Origin: an uncultured Leptospiraceae bacterium
GTDB taxonomy: Bacteria; Spirochaetota; UBA4802; UB4802
Assembly (NCBI GenBank): GCA_964629365.1
Contig: CAZVRB010000003.1
Span: 17,711 to 81,710 of the forward strand
DNA: 64,000 nucleotides
Direction of reading: 5' to 3'
Made by a program: the position numbers and the translations under genes. Of this stretch, positions 39,520 to 48,709 are shown piece by piece. A model generated the notes under the pieces. The model had not been told where the DNA came from and searched no databases. It was given only the letters and a program-made list of their open reading frames with translations. Numbering within the stretch: the first letter of the stretch is position 1; each line of letters opens with the position of its first letter.

Positions 39520-39568
39520 ATCACAAAGTATTGTATTTTTCAATAACTATTGCATTTTGCAATGTTTT

Positions 39569-39967
39569 TTATTTATCACCCGGTGGCGGATATGAACCAT
39601 CTTCCCGGTGAACTTCTTTTCCCGTAAGTGCCGGATCAAATACACATATCAGCCTCATGTCGCTGTTAAACGCACGCAAATAGTGTTCATCATGCTCATT
39701 GAGGGCATACATGGTACCAGGATTTATTGGATATTTCTTTCCATCCGTGATGGTTTCCACCTCACCCTCACCTTCAATACAGTATACTGCTTCAAGATGA
39801 TTCTTGTACCATATATGAGTTTCGGTATTGGCATATATTATGGTTTCATGAAAAGAAAACCCCATTTTATCATCTGCCAGTACCATTCTCCTGCTGGTCC
39901 AGTTCCCATTTTCAGCATGAACTTCTCTTTCAGAGTTCTTAATCTCGTCAATTGTGCGGACTATCAT
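39569..39967 (-). CDS. ectC: L-ectoine synthase
   Basis: 132 aa cupin. [33 protein letters not shown]...[28 protein letters not shown]...HDEHYLRA...[21 protein letters not shown] is near-identical in pattern to characterised EctC. Confidence 0.92.
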   Translation of the reverse strand: MIVRTIDEIKNSEREVHAENGNWTSRRMVLADDKMGFSFHETIIYANTETHIWYKNHLEAVYCIEGEGEVETITDGKKYPINPGTMYALNEHDEHYLRAFNSDMRLICVFDPALTGKEVHREDGSYPPPGDK

Positions 39968-41244
39968 GCGGGTTCTTCTCCTTTCAGCATGGCTTCACGC
40001 TTTTCCAGCACCGCACCTATGGACTCGTCAATTATGCCAAGACCTTCTTTCAACAATTCTTCTTCGATGACAAGTGGGGGCAGAAACTTGAGCACATCAT
40101 CCTTTGCACCCGCAAGTTCGATTATCAATCCCCGTTCAAAAGCCGCCTCTGACACGTCAGCACAGAATCCCAGGAATGGTATATGCAGCCCGTATATCAA
40201 TCCACGTCCACGCACGGATGCGTCCAGGCTGGGATATTTTTTGACGATTTTCTCAAGTTCTTCTTTTAATATCTTTTCCTTGTAAAACACCGCGTCAGAC
40301 AGGTTTGCATTTTCCCAGTAGCTGAACAGCTTGGTGGATGCCACGAAGGCCAGGTTGTTTCCCCTGAATGTACCGGTATGCTCACCTGGTTTCCACTGGT
40401 CTAATTCGGGCTTTATAAGAACCAGTGAAAGTGGCAGACCACCGCCGATTGACTTTGACAGAACGATAACGTCAGGGTTAATACCCGATTCTTCAAAGCT
40501 GAAAAATGTACCAGTTCTTCCATTTCCGATCTGTATCTCGTCAGCTATCAGCAATATGTCGTAATCACGGCATATCTTTTCTATTTCCTGCAGCCATTCG
40601 TTTGACGCCACATTCACACCGCCTTCAGCCTGAACCGTCTCAACAATAATTGCCGCCGGTATATCCACGCCGCTGCTCACGTCATCAAGAAATTTTCTCA
40701 TATACTCAGCAGTATTTACACCATCACCGAAGTAGTTATCATAGGGCATAAAGGAAACATTCTGCCTGTTAATGAATGCTTCGTCCCTGTAAAAAGCGTT
40801 ACCGGTTACCGCCATAGAGCCCATGGTAAGCCCGTGAAAACCGTTGGTAAATGAAATGATATTGGATCTGCCTTTTACCATGCGTACAAGTTTCAACGCT
40901 GTCTCAACCGCGTTTGTACCCGTAGGACCGGCAAACTGAACCTTGTATTCCATATGCCTGGGTTCCAGGATGGTGTAATACAACGCCTCAAGAAAGGCTT
41001 TCTTCGCGGTTGTCGCCTTGTCAAGGCCATGCACGATACCGTCATTCTGTATATACTCTATAAGTGCCTCTGACACCATCGGGTTATTATGGCCATAATT
41101 AAGTGTGCCCGCACCGGCAAAGAAATCAATATATTCCTTGTCCTGTTCATCGAAAAGCTTTGACCCTTTTGCCTTGTTAAAAATCGTAGGAAAATGGCGT
41201 ACATAACTTCTCACCTGTGATTCCATCTGTTCGAATATTCTCAT
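39964..41244 (-). CDS. ectB: Diaminobutyrate--2-oxoglutarate transaminase
   Basis: N-terminus [55 protein letters not shown] is diagnostic for EctB. Class-III aminotransferase. 4-nt overlap with ectC. Confidence 0.92.
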   Translation of the reverse strand: MRIFEQMESQVRSYVRHFPTIFNKAKGSKLFDEQDKEYIDFFAGAGTLNYGHNNPMVSEALIEYIQNDGIVHGLDKATTAKKAFLEALYYTILEPRHMEYKVQFAGPTGTNAVETALKLVRMVKGRSNIISFTNGFHGLTMGSMAVTGNAFYRDEAFINRQNVSFMPYDNYFGDGVNTAEYMRKFLDDVSSGVDIPAAIIVETVQAEGGVNVASNEWLQEIEKICRDYDILLIADEIQIGNGRTGTFFSFEESGINPDVIVLSKSIGGGLPLSLVLIKPELDQWKPGEHTGTFRGNNLAFVASTKLFSYWENANLSDAVFYKEKILKEELEKIVKKYPSLDASVRGRGLIYGLHIPFLGFCADVSEAAFERGLIIELAGAKDDVLKFLPPLVIEEELLKEGLGIIDESIGAVLEKREAMLKGEEPA

Positions 41245-41789
41245 TGTTCCTCCTTGTTTTTTTTTCTAACTATTTTACTGCTGAAGGGTCCGATCCTGAA
41301 AAGATCCTCAGGTTCGTGCTCTTCACCTCCAAACATTTCCGCGGAAAAATAATCACTCTCATTGCATTCAGTCTCGAGATGAGATGCAAGATTTCTGAAA
41401 AATCCACGTGAAGCGGAATTTGAAGGGGTAACAGTAGTTTCAATAAACTGAATACCATCAAGATGTGACCGCGATAGAATATCCAGTATCATCTTCCTGG
41501 CAAGTCCCATTTTTCGCATGGTTTTGCTTACTGCCACCTGCCATACGAAAAGGGTATCATCCTTTTTAGGATGCCTGTATCCTGATATGTACCCTGTTAT
41601 TTCCCCATCACTTTCAACTACAACACTTGTTGTATCATGATGGGCACATATCAGCAGGTAACTGTATAATGAATTTAAATCCAGTGGTTTTGACGCGTCA
41701 ACAAGCTTGTAAACAGCAATACCATCACCCGGTTGGGGTTTTCGAAATATTATACTACTTGTGTTGTTCGAGTCATCATTTTCACTCAT
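41241..41789 (-). CDS. ectA: L-2,4-diaminobutyrate acetyltransferase (GNAT)
   Basis: IFRKPQPGDGIAVYKLV...LDLNSLYSYLL...TSVVVESDGEITGYISGY pattern of EctA. Position upstream of and overlapping ectB. Confidence 0.85.
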   Translation of the reverse strand: MSENDDSNNTSSIIFRKPQPGDGIAVYKLVDASKPLDLNSLYSYLLICAHHDTTSVVVESDGEITGYISGYRHPKKDDTLFVWQVAVSKTMRKMGLARKMILDILSRSHLDGIQFIETTVTPSNSASRGFFRNLASHLETECNESDYFSAEMFGGEEHEPEDLFRIGPFSSKIVRKKNKEEQ

Positions 41790-42237
41790 ACCAGTATCTT
41801 TTTATTACATGTAGTATCAAAAATAAACAATACATTTCATATAAGTTAAATATACTGTATTTTTGAAGACAAGTCGGCAGGAAAATTACGTTTTTGCCTG
41901 TTTTTCAGAGAAAAAAGGCTTACCACTACAGTTGTTCGTTACCCTGCTTTGACATTACAACCCTCTTTCTAATACCTGTCAACAACAAAATGAGAATTAT
42001 CACCTTTTCAGATATGTATATTTATATATTTAATACTTACATATTGTTGTATTTACACTTATGTGGTTTTATGTTAATTATTTTTTGGTAACAAAGGCTG
42101 ATTACAGTAATTTTTAACAGGTACATGGATATTACATTGACAATAATGATACAACATTGGTACTATTGAAATGTTTCTTAACAATAGTATTTGTTTATAA
42201 TTCTAGAAATAATAATTATCTTTATGGTACGCTTAAA

Positions 42238-43083
42238 ATGAACAACAGCGAACAGGGTGACAATATTTTTGATGAACTTTTTGACGAAACCAAGATCGAC
42301 GAGTTCACCTTTGATGAGAACCACGAACCACAGGATGTTCCCGAAGCTTCCCTGGATGAAGAAGTCAGCAATGACCCGATAGCAAAGAAAAGATCATTCA
42401 AGGATTTCCAGCCTGACATGGACGCGTTACTCATAACCGCCCAGTCACCCATGATCATTGAGGGTATGAAGAAATACACCGACAAGGATTTTTCGTCTGC
42501 CACACTGCCTGTTTACCAGGAATCCCTTAAGGGTGTGCAGCTGTATATTACCATCATAGACAGAAATCCCCAGAATTATCATAAACTGAAGGCAGTCATT
42601 AATAGTGACATCGACTGCCAGGAAGTTGAGAAAACCGCCTTTAATCTTTACGCAAAAATACATGGTCAGCAGCCGGAGAACTATGCCGAAAAAGTAAACG
42701 CCTTTGAAAAATTACGATCGATGTTTCGTGACGCGGTGAACAGGGCCACAATAAGCAAATCCATGAAAGACATACGAAAATATTTTTTGATCTCCGGCGG
42801 TCTTGACGAAATAAAGATACAGAATCTCGTGAGCAATGATGACTCTGATTTAAAACAGGACTCTGCCAGGCTGACCCAGACACTCAAGGTGGCCATCAAT
42901 TACCTTGAAAAAGGAAATATTGAAATAATCAAAGGCCTCAAGGGCAGGGATCTCAATTCATACGTAGTGAAAAGTTCCCAGCTGTTGTCATATTATTATA
43001 ATTTAACCGGTAATGAAAAGCTTGCTGATTATTTTAAACGGGTAAATACGATCTACAGCAAGTATTTTGTGATAAGGGATTAA
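42238..43083 (+). CDS. Hypothetical protein with acidic N-terminal region
   Basis: ORF 42157-43083; the most plausible start is Met at 42238. No recognised domain. Confidence 0.4.
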   Translation: MNNSEQGDNIFDELFDETKIDEFTFDENHEPQDVPEASLDEEVSNDPIAKKRSFKDFQPDMDALLITAQSPMIIEGMKKYTDKDFSSATLPVYQESLKGVQLYITIIDRNPQNYHKLKAVINSDIDCQEVEKTAFNLYAKIHGQQPENYAEKVNAFEKLRSMFRDAVNRATISKSMKDIRKYFLISGGLDEIKIQNLVSNDDSDLKQDSARLTQTLKVAINYLEKGNIEIIKGLKGRDLNSYVVKSSQLLSYYYNLTGNEKLADYFKRVNTIYSKYFVIRD

Positions 43084-44238
43084 CTACACTCCTTCGTTCA
43101 GCAGCACCTCTACCATCCTGTAGACTATATCATCCAGGTAAAAAATACCTTCATATGATAACCTGATACGGGGTCCCCTCTCATCAGTTTCAAGTATCAA
43201 GATTTTTTCATTTACCAGGTTCATGATGGACTGGTGCACCTTGTCAGGAAGCGGTACACCGGTTATTGACGGAATCTCCTCCAGGTAAAATCCATCCAGC
43301 AGTCGAATGGCACCCATCAGGTATTCCACAAGTATATCATTGTTATTACGACTGTCACGAATGAAAATTTCACATGGTGATTGCATATAGCCAGGTACAT
43401 CTTTTCCGTTATACCACCGTTCTCCCTTGAAAAAGGAATGGGCGGCCGGCCCTAATCCTATATACGGATCAAATTGCCAGTATTTCATGTTATGCCTTGA
43501 TTTCATTCCGGGTTTTGCAAAATTTGATATTTCATAATGCTGGTATCCATACTCACGCAGAACCCTTATTGCTGTCTCAAACACATCACGTTGATGATTC
43601 TGCCATTCCCCGTTGGGACTGAACCTGTTATACAGGGGGGTTCCCTCCTCAAGTGTCAGCATATAAAGGGACACGTGCCCGGGGTTATACTCCAGGATCC
43701 GGTGCAGTTCATCTCTAAATTCTTCTGTGTCCTGCCGGGGCATCCCTGCTATTATGTCTATGGCGTGGTTTACCCCCTGTATCGAACAGAAATCTCTCAG
43801 CACACTGATATCGGGACACCTCCCGGTTCTCCCGATAAAGCGATGGTGGACGGGGTTGATGGTCTGCAGCCCCAGCGTGATCCTGTTGACCCCGGCCTGA
43901 ATGCACTGGTTAGTATATGCCGGGTTCATGTCCGATGGGTTACATTCAAGTGTGATCTCGGCATTCACGTCCACCCCCCTGCTCTGGGTTTGAATCTCTT
44001 CAATTATTTTCGCTATATCACTTGAAGACATCATGGAAGGAGTGCCGCCACCGAAGTATACGGTGTCTACCTGGCATGCGGACAGGTTTTTTTGATGACA
44101 TCGGATTTCCCGTAGAAGAGCGTCTACGTATTCTGATATTCGGCTTCCCCTGCCGGGAGCTGCGGGTACGGAATAGAAATCACAATAGTCACATTTAGCC
44201 CTGCAGAAAGGGAAATGGACATAGACCCCTGTTTTCAC
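43084..44238 (-). CDS. hemW: Radical-SAM heme chaperone HemW (coproporphyrinogen-III-oxidase-like)
   Basis: VYVHFPFCRAKCDYCDF CxxxCxxC motif at the N-terminus. 384 aa. HemN-like C-terminal domain. Confidence 0.85.
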   Translation of the reverse strand: MKTGVYVHFPFCRAKCDYCDFYSVPAAPGRGSRISEYVDALLREIRCHQKNLSACQVDTVYFGGGTPSMMSSSDIAKIIEEIQTQSRGVDVNAEITLECNPSDMNPAYTNQCIQAGVNRITLGLQTINPVHHRFIGRTGRCPDISVLRDFCSIQGVNHAIDIIAGMPRQDTEEFRDELHRILEYNPGHVSLYMLTLEEGTPLYNRFSPNGEWQNHQRDVFETAIRVLREYGYQHYEISNFAKPGMKSRHNMKYWQFDPYIGLGPAAHSFFKGERWYNGKDVPGYMQSPCEIFIRDSRNNNDILVEYLMGAIRLLDGFYLEEIPSITGVPLPDKVHQSIMNLVNEKILILETDERGPRIRLSYEGIFYLDDIVYRMVEVLLNEGV

Positions 44239-45872
44239 GGTGTTTTAAAGCCAAGGTTTACGTTAATCTTTCTTCGGGGTTCATATTCCCCCCCCAGGCA
44301 ATGAATGGCTGCCTCTATTGATCCCCTGGTGTTTGAAAAAGTAAAGAGGGTTGGCGGAATGGATATATTTCCTGCAAGGGGAAATGGATTGCCCGTGTGG
44401 ATAATTAAAACCCTGTCTATTGTCACGTTTTTCTTCGTGATAATGTCTTTAAACTTTCTGTAGCTGGCTGAGTAGGATACAAGGTAGATCATTTTACCGG
44501 AAACCTTTTTTGCATCCCACCCGGAAAGTACAGTTATATCTGAAAAGGCGGCTTTGAAAAGACCGGCGGTTGTCTTGTTTTCCGTGATGATTACGGCATT
44601 TTTGCCATTATTTTTTATTATATACCGCGAAAAGGGCACCTGGTCGCCGGCGTGAAAATATACAGCCTGTCGTGAGACGCGGTTGTTTATCGATTCTGCC
44701 TCTGAAAGCAGCTTCTTTTCATCTTCGGACAAATGAAATTTGACCGGTGCGATTACCTTCTCACCGGTCTCCATAATGTTGTACCTGACTTTCTGCTCCA
44801 GTATTCGTGTTACTGATCGATCAATTCTTTCTTCTGAGATGGTTCCGTCCTTTACCGCCCGTAACAGGCTGTTGTATATATCCGTCACGTTTTCACCATA
44901 CGAACTTATCAGGATTATATCCGCACCCGCCTGTACAGCCTTGATTGCACCCTCACCCGCTGATGCCACACCTGCGATACCTTTCATCTCCATGTCATCG
45001 GTGAGGACCAATCCTTTAAACTTCATCTCATCCCGCAATAATTCTTTTAGAAAATAGGACGAAATAGTTGCAGGTTGCCTGGAATCAAGAATTTCAGGAT
45101 ACGCGATATGTGCCGTCATTATCCCTTCAATCCCGTTTGCGATGGCCTTTTCAAATGGTACAAGCTCAACGTTTCGTAATCTTTTCATGTCGTACCTGAT
45201 AACCGGCAACGTATGATGAGAATCCCTGTCTGTATCTCCATGACCTGGAAAGTGTTTACCCACGGCTATACATTTAGCCTCCTGCAGGCCCTTTATATAC
45301 GCCACCCCCATTCGTGCCACGATGCCAGGCTTTGAACCGAATGACCGTGTATTGATAACAGGATTCATCGGATTATTGTTTACATCAAGTACGGGGGCAA
45401 GGTTCATGTTCACTCCTGTTTGACGAAGCTCCAAACCCGTAATGCGGGCCGCCCGGTACATGAGATCTTCGTTATTGACAACACCAAAGGCAAGGCTGCC
45501 GGGGAACTGTGTCACCCCGTCCCTGATTCGCTTCACCCGTCCGCCCTCCTGGTCAATGGAGACGAACAGGGGAATACCGGATCTGGCCATTGATTCATCC
45601 TGCAATGAGGATATTAATTCTATGGTTTGTGCCCGATCCTCAAGGTTAAAACCGAATAATATGATGCCCCCCGGCATGCACTGCCTGATTATTTCCCTTG
45701 TGGGTGTACTAATATGAGTTCCCGGTACCGCGGGCATTATCATTTGACCGATCTTGCGTTCAATTGTCATCTTTTCCACAACAGGTATCACCTCTTCGTA
45801 CCTGTATGGTGAGCATGAAGCCATACCTGTCATTATAAACAACATTATAAGGATCGCAACAAATTGTCTCAT
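44235..45872 (-). CDS. Glycoside hydrolase family 3 beta-N-acetylhexosaminidase-like lipoprotein (NagZ-like) with C-terminal extension
   Basis: Lipoprotein signal. KHFPGHGDTDRDSHHTLP motif of GH3 NagZ. 4-nt overlap with hemW. Confidence 0.8.
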   Translation of the reverse strand: MRQFVAILIMLFIMTGMASCSPYRYEEVIPVVEKMTIERKIGQMIMPAVPGTHISTPTREIIRQCMPGGIILFGFNLEDRAQTIELISSLQDESMARSGIPLFVSIDQEGGRVKRIRDGVTQFPGSLAFGVVNNEDLMYRAARITGLELRQTGVNMNLAPVLDVNNNPMNPVINTRSFGSKPGIVARMGVAYIKGLQEAKCIAVGKHFPGHGDTDRDSHHTLPVIRYDMKRLRNVELVPFEKAIANGIEGIMTAHIAYPEILDSRQPATISSYFLKELLRDEMKFKGLVLTDDMEMKGIAGVASAGEGAIKAVQAGADIILISSYGENVTDIYNSLLRAVKDGTISEERIDRSVTRILEQKVRYNIMETGEKVIAPVKFHLSEDEKKLLSEAESINNRVSRQAVYFHAGDQVPFSRYIIKNNGKNAVIITENKTTAGLFKAAFSDITVLSGWDAKKVSGKMIYLVSYSASYRKFKDIITKKNVTIDRVLIIHTGNPFPLAGNISIPPTLFTFSNTRGSIEAAIHCLGGEYEPRRKINVNLGFKTP

Positions 45873-46143
45873 ATATATCTCCGATAAAATCGATACACAT
45901 TTACTAATGTAATATGCATACCCAAGTCAATATTTATTTACCAATATTCCGGTTTTTCCATTTTTTATACAAGTTGTTGATTTTTCACTTGCATTATTCA
46001 CTTTCCCGTATGATTTCCTGTATCAATGTCATTAATAATGAAATATTCACCCGATAATGATATATTTTTATATATATTTTATAATCTAATATACAATTTG
46101 CCGAATGAATTAATAGTATCACTAACAATAATAATAGCCGGAT

Positions 46144-46728
46144 ATGAATAATTATAATCCCAAAATAAAGAAATTTCTCGATAGTTTTAAAGCTGAAACG
46201 GCCACGGTTCCCGTTGTTATTGATCTATTAATACAAGATCTCAAATCAATTGGATACCCCCAGCCGGATATTGATGAAATTGTACTATCCATGGACGAAG
46301 CTCTTACCAATGCCATCCAGGAAACAATCAGGAAAGAAGAGAACATTTTTTATCATAGTGATTCTGAACGCCGCGAAATTACTGTCAGCTATATTATCAC
46401 GTCTGAACTATTTGACACCACCATCATTGATCACGGCAAGGGACTTGACCTTCTTAAATCACAAAAAGAAACACCCAGCAGTGAATCTGTTGATTACTTC
46501 AACCAGCTGTTTAACTATTCACTCAATGGAAAAATTACAGGCCTGAAGGTTCGTTTAAACGGCCAGGAAATAGTGCTGAAAGGAATTGGCGCAGGACTTA
46601 AAATAATGACGGCGTTTATGGACAGCATTACTATCGACCTGATCGACAAGGAAAAATTTATCTCTAACTCCATCTCCGACTTTACCGACGGCACCATACT
46701 TAACATGAAAAGGAAAAGACGATATTAA
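46144..46728 (+). CDS. HATPase_c-like protein (anti-sigma-factor/serine kinase RsbW/SpoIIAB-like fold)
   Basis: N-box-like MDEALTNAIQE and G1-box-like IIDHGKGLD. Its stop overlaps the ATG of the downstream LOG gene (TAATG). Confidence 0.4.
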   Translation: MNNYNPKIKKFLDSFKAETATVPVVIDLLIQDLKSIGYPQPDIDEIVLSMDEALTNAIQETIRKEENIFYHSDSERREITVSYIITSELFDTTIIDHGKGLDLLKSQKETPSSESVDYFNQLFNYSLNGKITGLKVRLNGQEIVLKGIGAGLKIMTAFMDSITIDLIDKEKFISNSISDFTDGTILNMKRKRRY

Positions 46729-47486
46729 TGTCACCAAACAAACCTATTAAGGCCTATAAAGATGAAGAGTTTCTCAATTCCCATGAAGCCAGAACAGTAA
46801 GGATACTCTGCGAATATCTTGAACCTGAAAAAAGATTCAACGAGATGAAAATTGCCCACACGGTTGTATTCTTCGGTTCCGCGCGAAGCAGTCCGGACAG
46901 TGCCCTCGTTGATGATCGATTCAATCATTACTGGGCAGCCGAAGAGATGGCCTTTCTTCTTGGATCTTATGGGAAAGATCTCGAGACCCGTGACGGCTTT
47001 ACCATCTGCACCGGTGGGGGCCCCGGAATAATGGAAGCGGCAAACAGGGGTGCAAAGCGGGCGGGAGCGCCGAATATCGGGTTGAACATTTCATTGCCAT
47101 TTGAACAGGACCCCAATCCATACATTACCCCTGAACTGAATTTCGAATTTCATTACTTTTTCATGCGAAAACTATGGTTTCTCTATCATGCCAAGGCCAT
47201 AATTGTCTTTCCGGGTGGATACGGAACACTGGATGAACTTTTCGAAACCCTTACCCTGGTGCAAACCAATAAGATGAAAAAACACAACATCCCCATTTTA
47301 CTATACGATCAATCATTCTGGGAAGGCCTCATTAATTTTCAAAAACTTGTTGATTTAGGAATGATTTCCGAAGAAGATATAGCCCTGTTTCATTATATAT
47401 CATCACCGGAAGAAGGGCTGGATTATCTGAAACCACGGCTTAGTTCGATAATCAGCGATATCAATCGTACCATTGAAAAACAGTAA
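46728..47486 (+). CDS. LOG-family (TIGR00730) Rossmann-fold protein, PpnN/YgdH-like nucleotide N-glycosidase
   Basis: GGGPGIMEAANRGA and PGGYGTLDELFE motifs. Confidence 0.85.
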   Translation: MSPNKPIKAYKDEEFLNSHEARTVRILCEYLEPEKRFNEMKIAHTVVFFGSARSSPDSALVDDRFNHYWAAEEMAFLLGSYGKDLETRDGFTICTGGGPGIMEAANRGAKRAGAPNIGLNISLPFEQDPNPYITPELNFEFHYFFMRKLWFLYHAKAIIVFPGGYGTLDELFETLTLVQTNKMKKHNIPILLYDQSFWEGLINFQKLVDLGMISEEDIALFHYISSPEEGLDYLKPRLSSIISDINRTIEKQ

Positions 47487-47526
47487 TTATCAGCCCGGGG
47501 TTCCGGTTCTAAAAGGAAAGGTTTTT

Positions 47527-48138
47527 ATGAAAAAATACCTGATCACGGCAATACCTTTTGCGTTGCTTTTGTGCATCTCGGTACTGTATTCTGCCACTGA
47601 CTGTATAAGTACGTATACTAATAAACATTATGGATATGCAATAAAGGTTCCCGCCGGTTGGGACATGGCAGAGATGATGCTTGATGATTCACACCAGTTT
47701 ATTGCCGCGAAGAACAAATCTACTTCCATTATTGTACGCACGATTGACGCGTCCAGGTATACTATGGAAAAAGTATATCATGATAAAAGGTGGAAACTAT
47801 GGGAAAGAGACCCTTCTCTTGTGCGAATTATCGACAATAACATTAAAAGTATGGAACATGGAAAGGTAGCCGTATTCAACTACAAGTCTAAAAGCGGCAG
47901 GATTCTGCACCGAATACTTCTGAAAAAGACAACACGCTGGATTTTCATCGTTGAATGCCGTGCACCTGAACGCAGTTTTTACAATCTTGAGAAACGATTT
48001 AACACTGCATTTTCAAGTTTCTCTCACGATGCTTCGTCTTCAAATACATCTTCACTCAACAACCCTGTTGACAGAAAAACCTTTAACAGCGATTCTGGAG
48101 ATAACAGCGGGTTACTTGACCTGGAAGAGGAAAAATAA
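47527..48138 (+). CDS. Secreted hypothetical protein
   Basis: ATG at 47527 follows AAAGGAAAGG. Signal peptide MKKYLITAIPFALLLCISVLYSA. Confidence 0.4.
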   Translation: MKKYLITAIPFALLLCISVLYSATDCISTYTNKHYGYAIKVPAGWDMAEMMLDDSHQFIAAKNKSTSIIVRTIDASRYTMEKVYHDKRWKLWERDPSLVRIIDNNIKSMEHGKVAVFNYKSKSGRILHRILLKKTTRWIFIVECRAPERSFYNLEKRFNTAFSSFSHDASSSNTSSLNNPVDRKTFNSDSGDNSGLLDLEEEK

Positions 48139-48139
48139 C

Positions 48140-48226
48140 GTGCCCAAGGCCGGACTTGAACCGGCACGGACTTTAAGTCCAAGGGATTTTAAGTCCCTTG
48201 TGTCTACCAGTTCCACCACTTGGGCA
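48140..48226 (-). tRNA. tRNA-Leu (anticodon TAA)
   Basis: The reverse complement folds as a type-II tRNA. Acceptor TGCCCAA/TTGGGCA. D-arm GTGGTGGAACTGGTAGACAC. Anticodon loop CTTAAAA. Long variable arm. T-loop GGTTCAAGTCC. Confidence 0.8.
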
Positions 48227-48251
48227 GGTAATTTTTACAAGGGTAAAAATG

Positions 48252-48324
48252 AGGCGCCGACCGGATTCGAACCGGTGAATAAAGGTTTTGCAGACCTCTC
48301 CCTTAGCCACTTGGGTACGGCGCC
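48252..48324 (-). tRNA. tRNA-Cys (anticodon GCA)
   Basis: Reverse complement GGCGCCGTA...CTGCAAA...GGTTCGAATCC...CGGCGCC-T. 73 nt. U73 discriminator typical of tRNA-Cys. Confidence 0.8.
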
Positions 48325-48709
48325 ATTTACGTTGTAGTGATAATTAACGTGATAACCTCTATAGTAACGCACATTTTTATTGTCAACAAAAATATACACA
48401 TTCCAATATATCATGTCAAGCTGGATACTATTTCTTCATAATCATCGTTTTGGAATACACCCATACCCGCCCCCTTTGTTATGATACAACAAATAGTCGC
48501 GTGTTGTATCATGTTTATTCATATAAATACTAGTATTTGAGTATATTATTTTACATATACCATAAAAACTTAAATTAATTGCTCACTTTTCATTATAAAT
48601 ATTGACAATTTTAATTAATATTTCAATATGTCTGAGACTGTAAATTGTATTAACAATAAATCAGCAGTTTTATTATTTTCTTATAACTAATTTTACGTAG
48701 GAGGTTCTT

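Noticed and set aside
39608-40285. 225-aa plus-strand ORF
   Set aside because: Lies entirely antisense within ectB/ectC, which have unambiguous homology. Shadow ORF.
43084-44238. HemW radical-SAM gene as the anaerobic sulfatase-maturating enzyme for the sulfatase at 5811-7685
   Set aside because: The sequence has the HemN/HemW organisation (a single N-terminal CxxxCxxC plus a HemN_C-like tail) and lacks the additional SPASM cysteine clusters of anSME. It is also 35 kb away.
48139-48709. tRNA-Leu/tRNA-Cys pair plus the 380-bp AT-rich spacer as a possible integration hotspot or island boundary
   Set aside because: No integrase, direct repeat of a tRNA 3' end, or mobile-element gene is present on either side. 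The flanking genes are housekeeping or metabolic.
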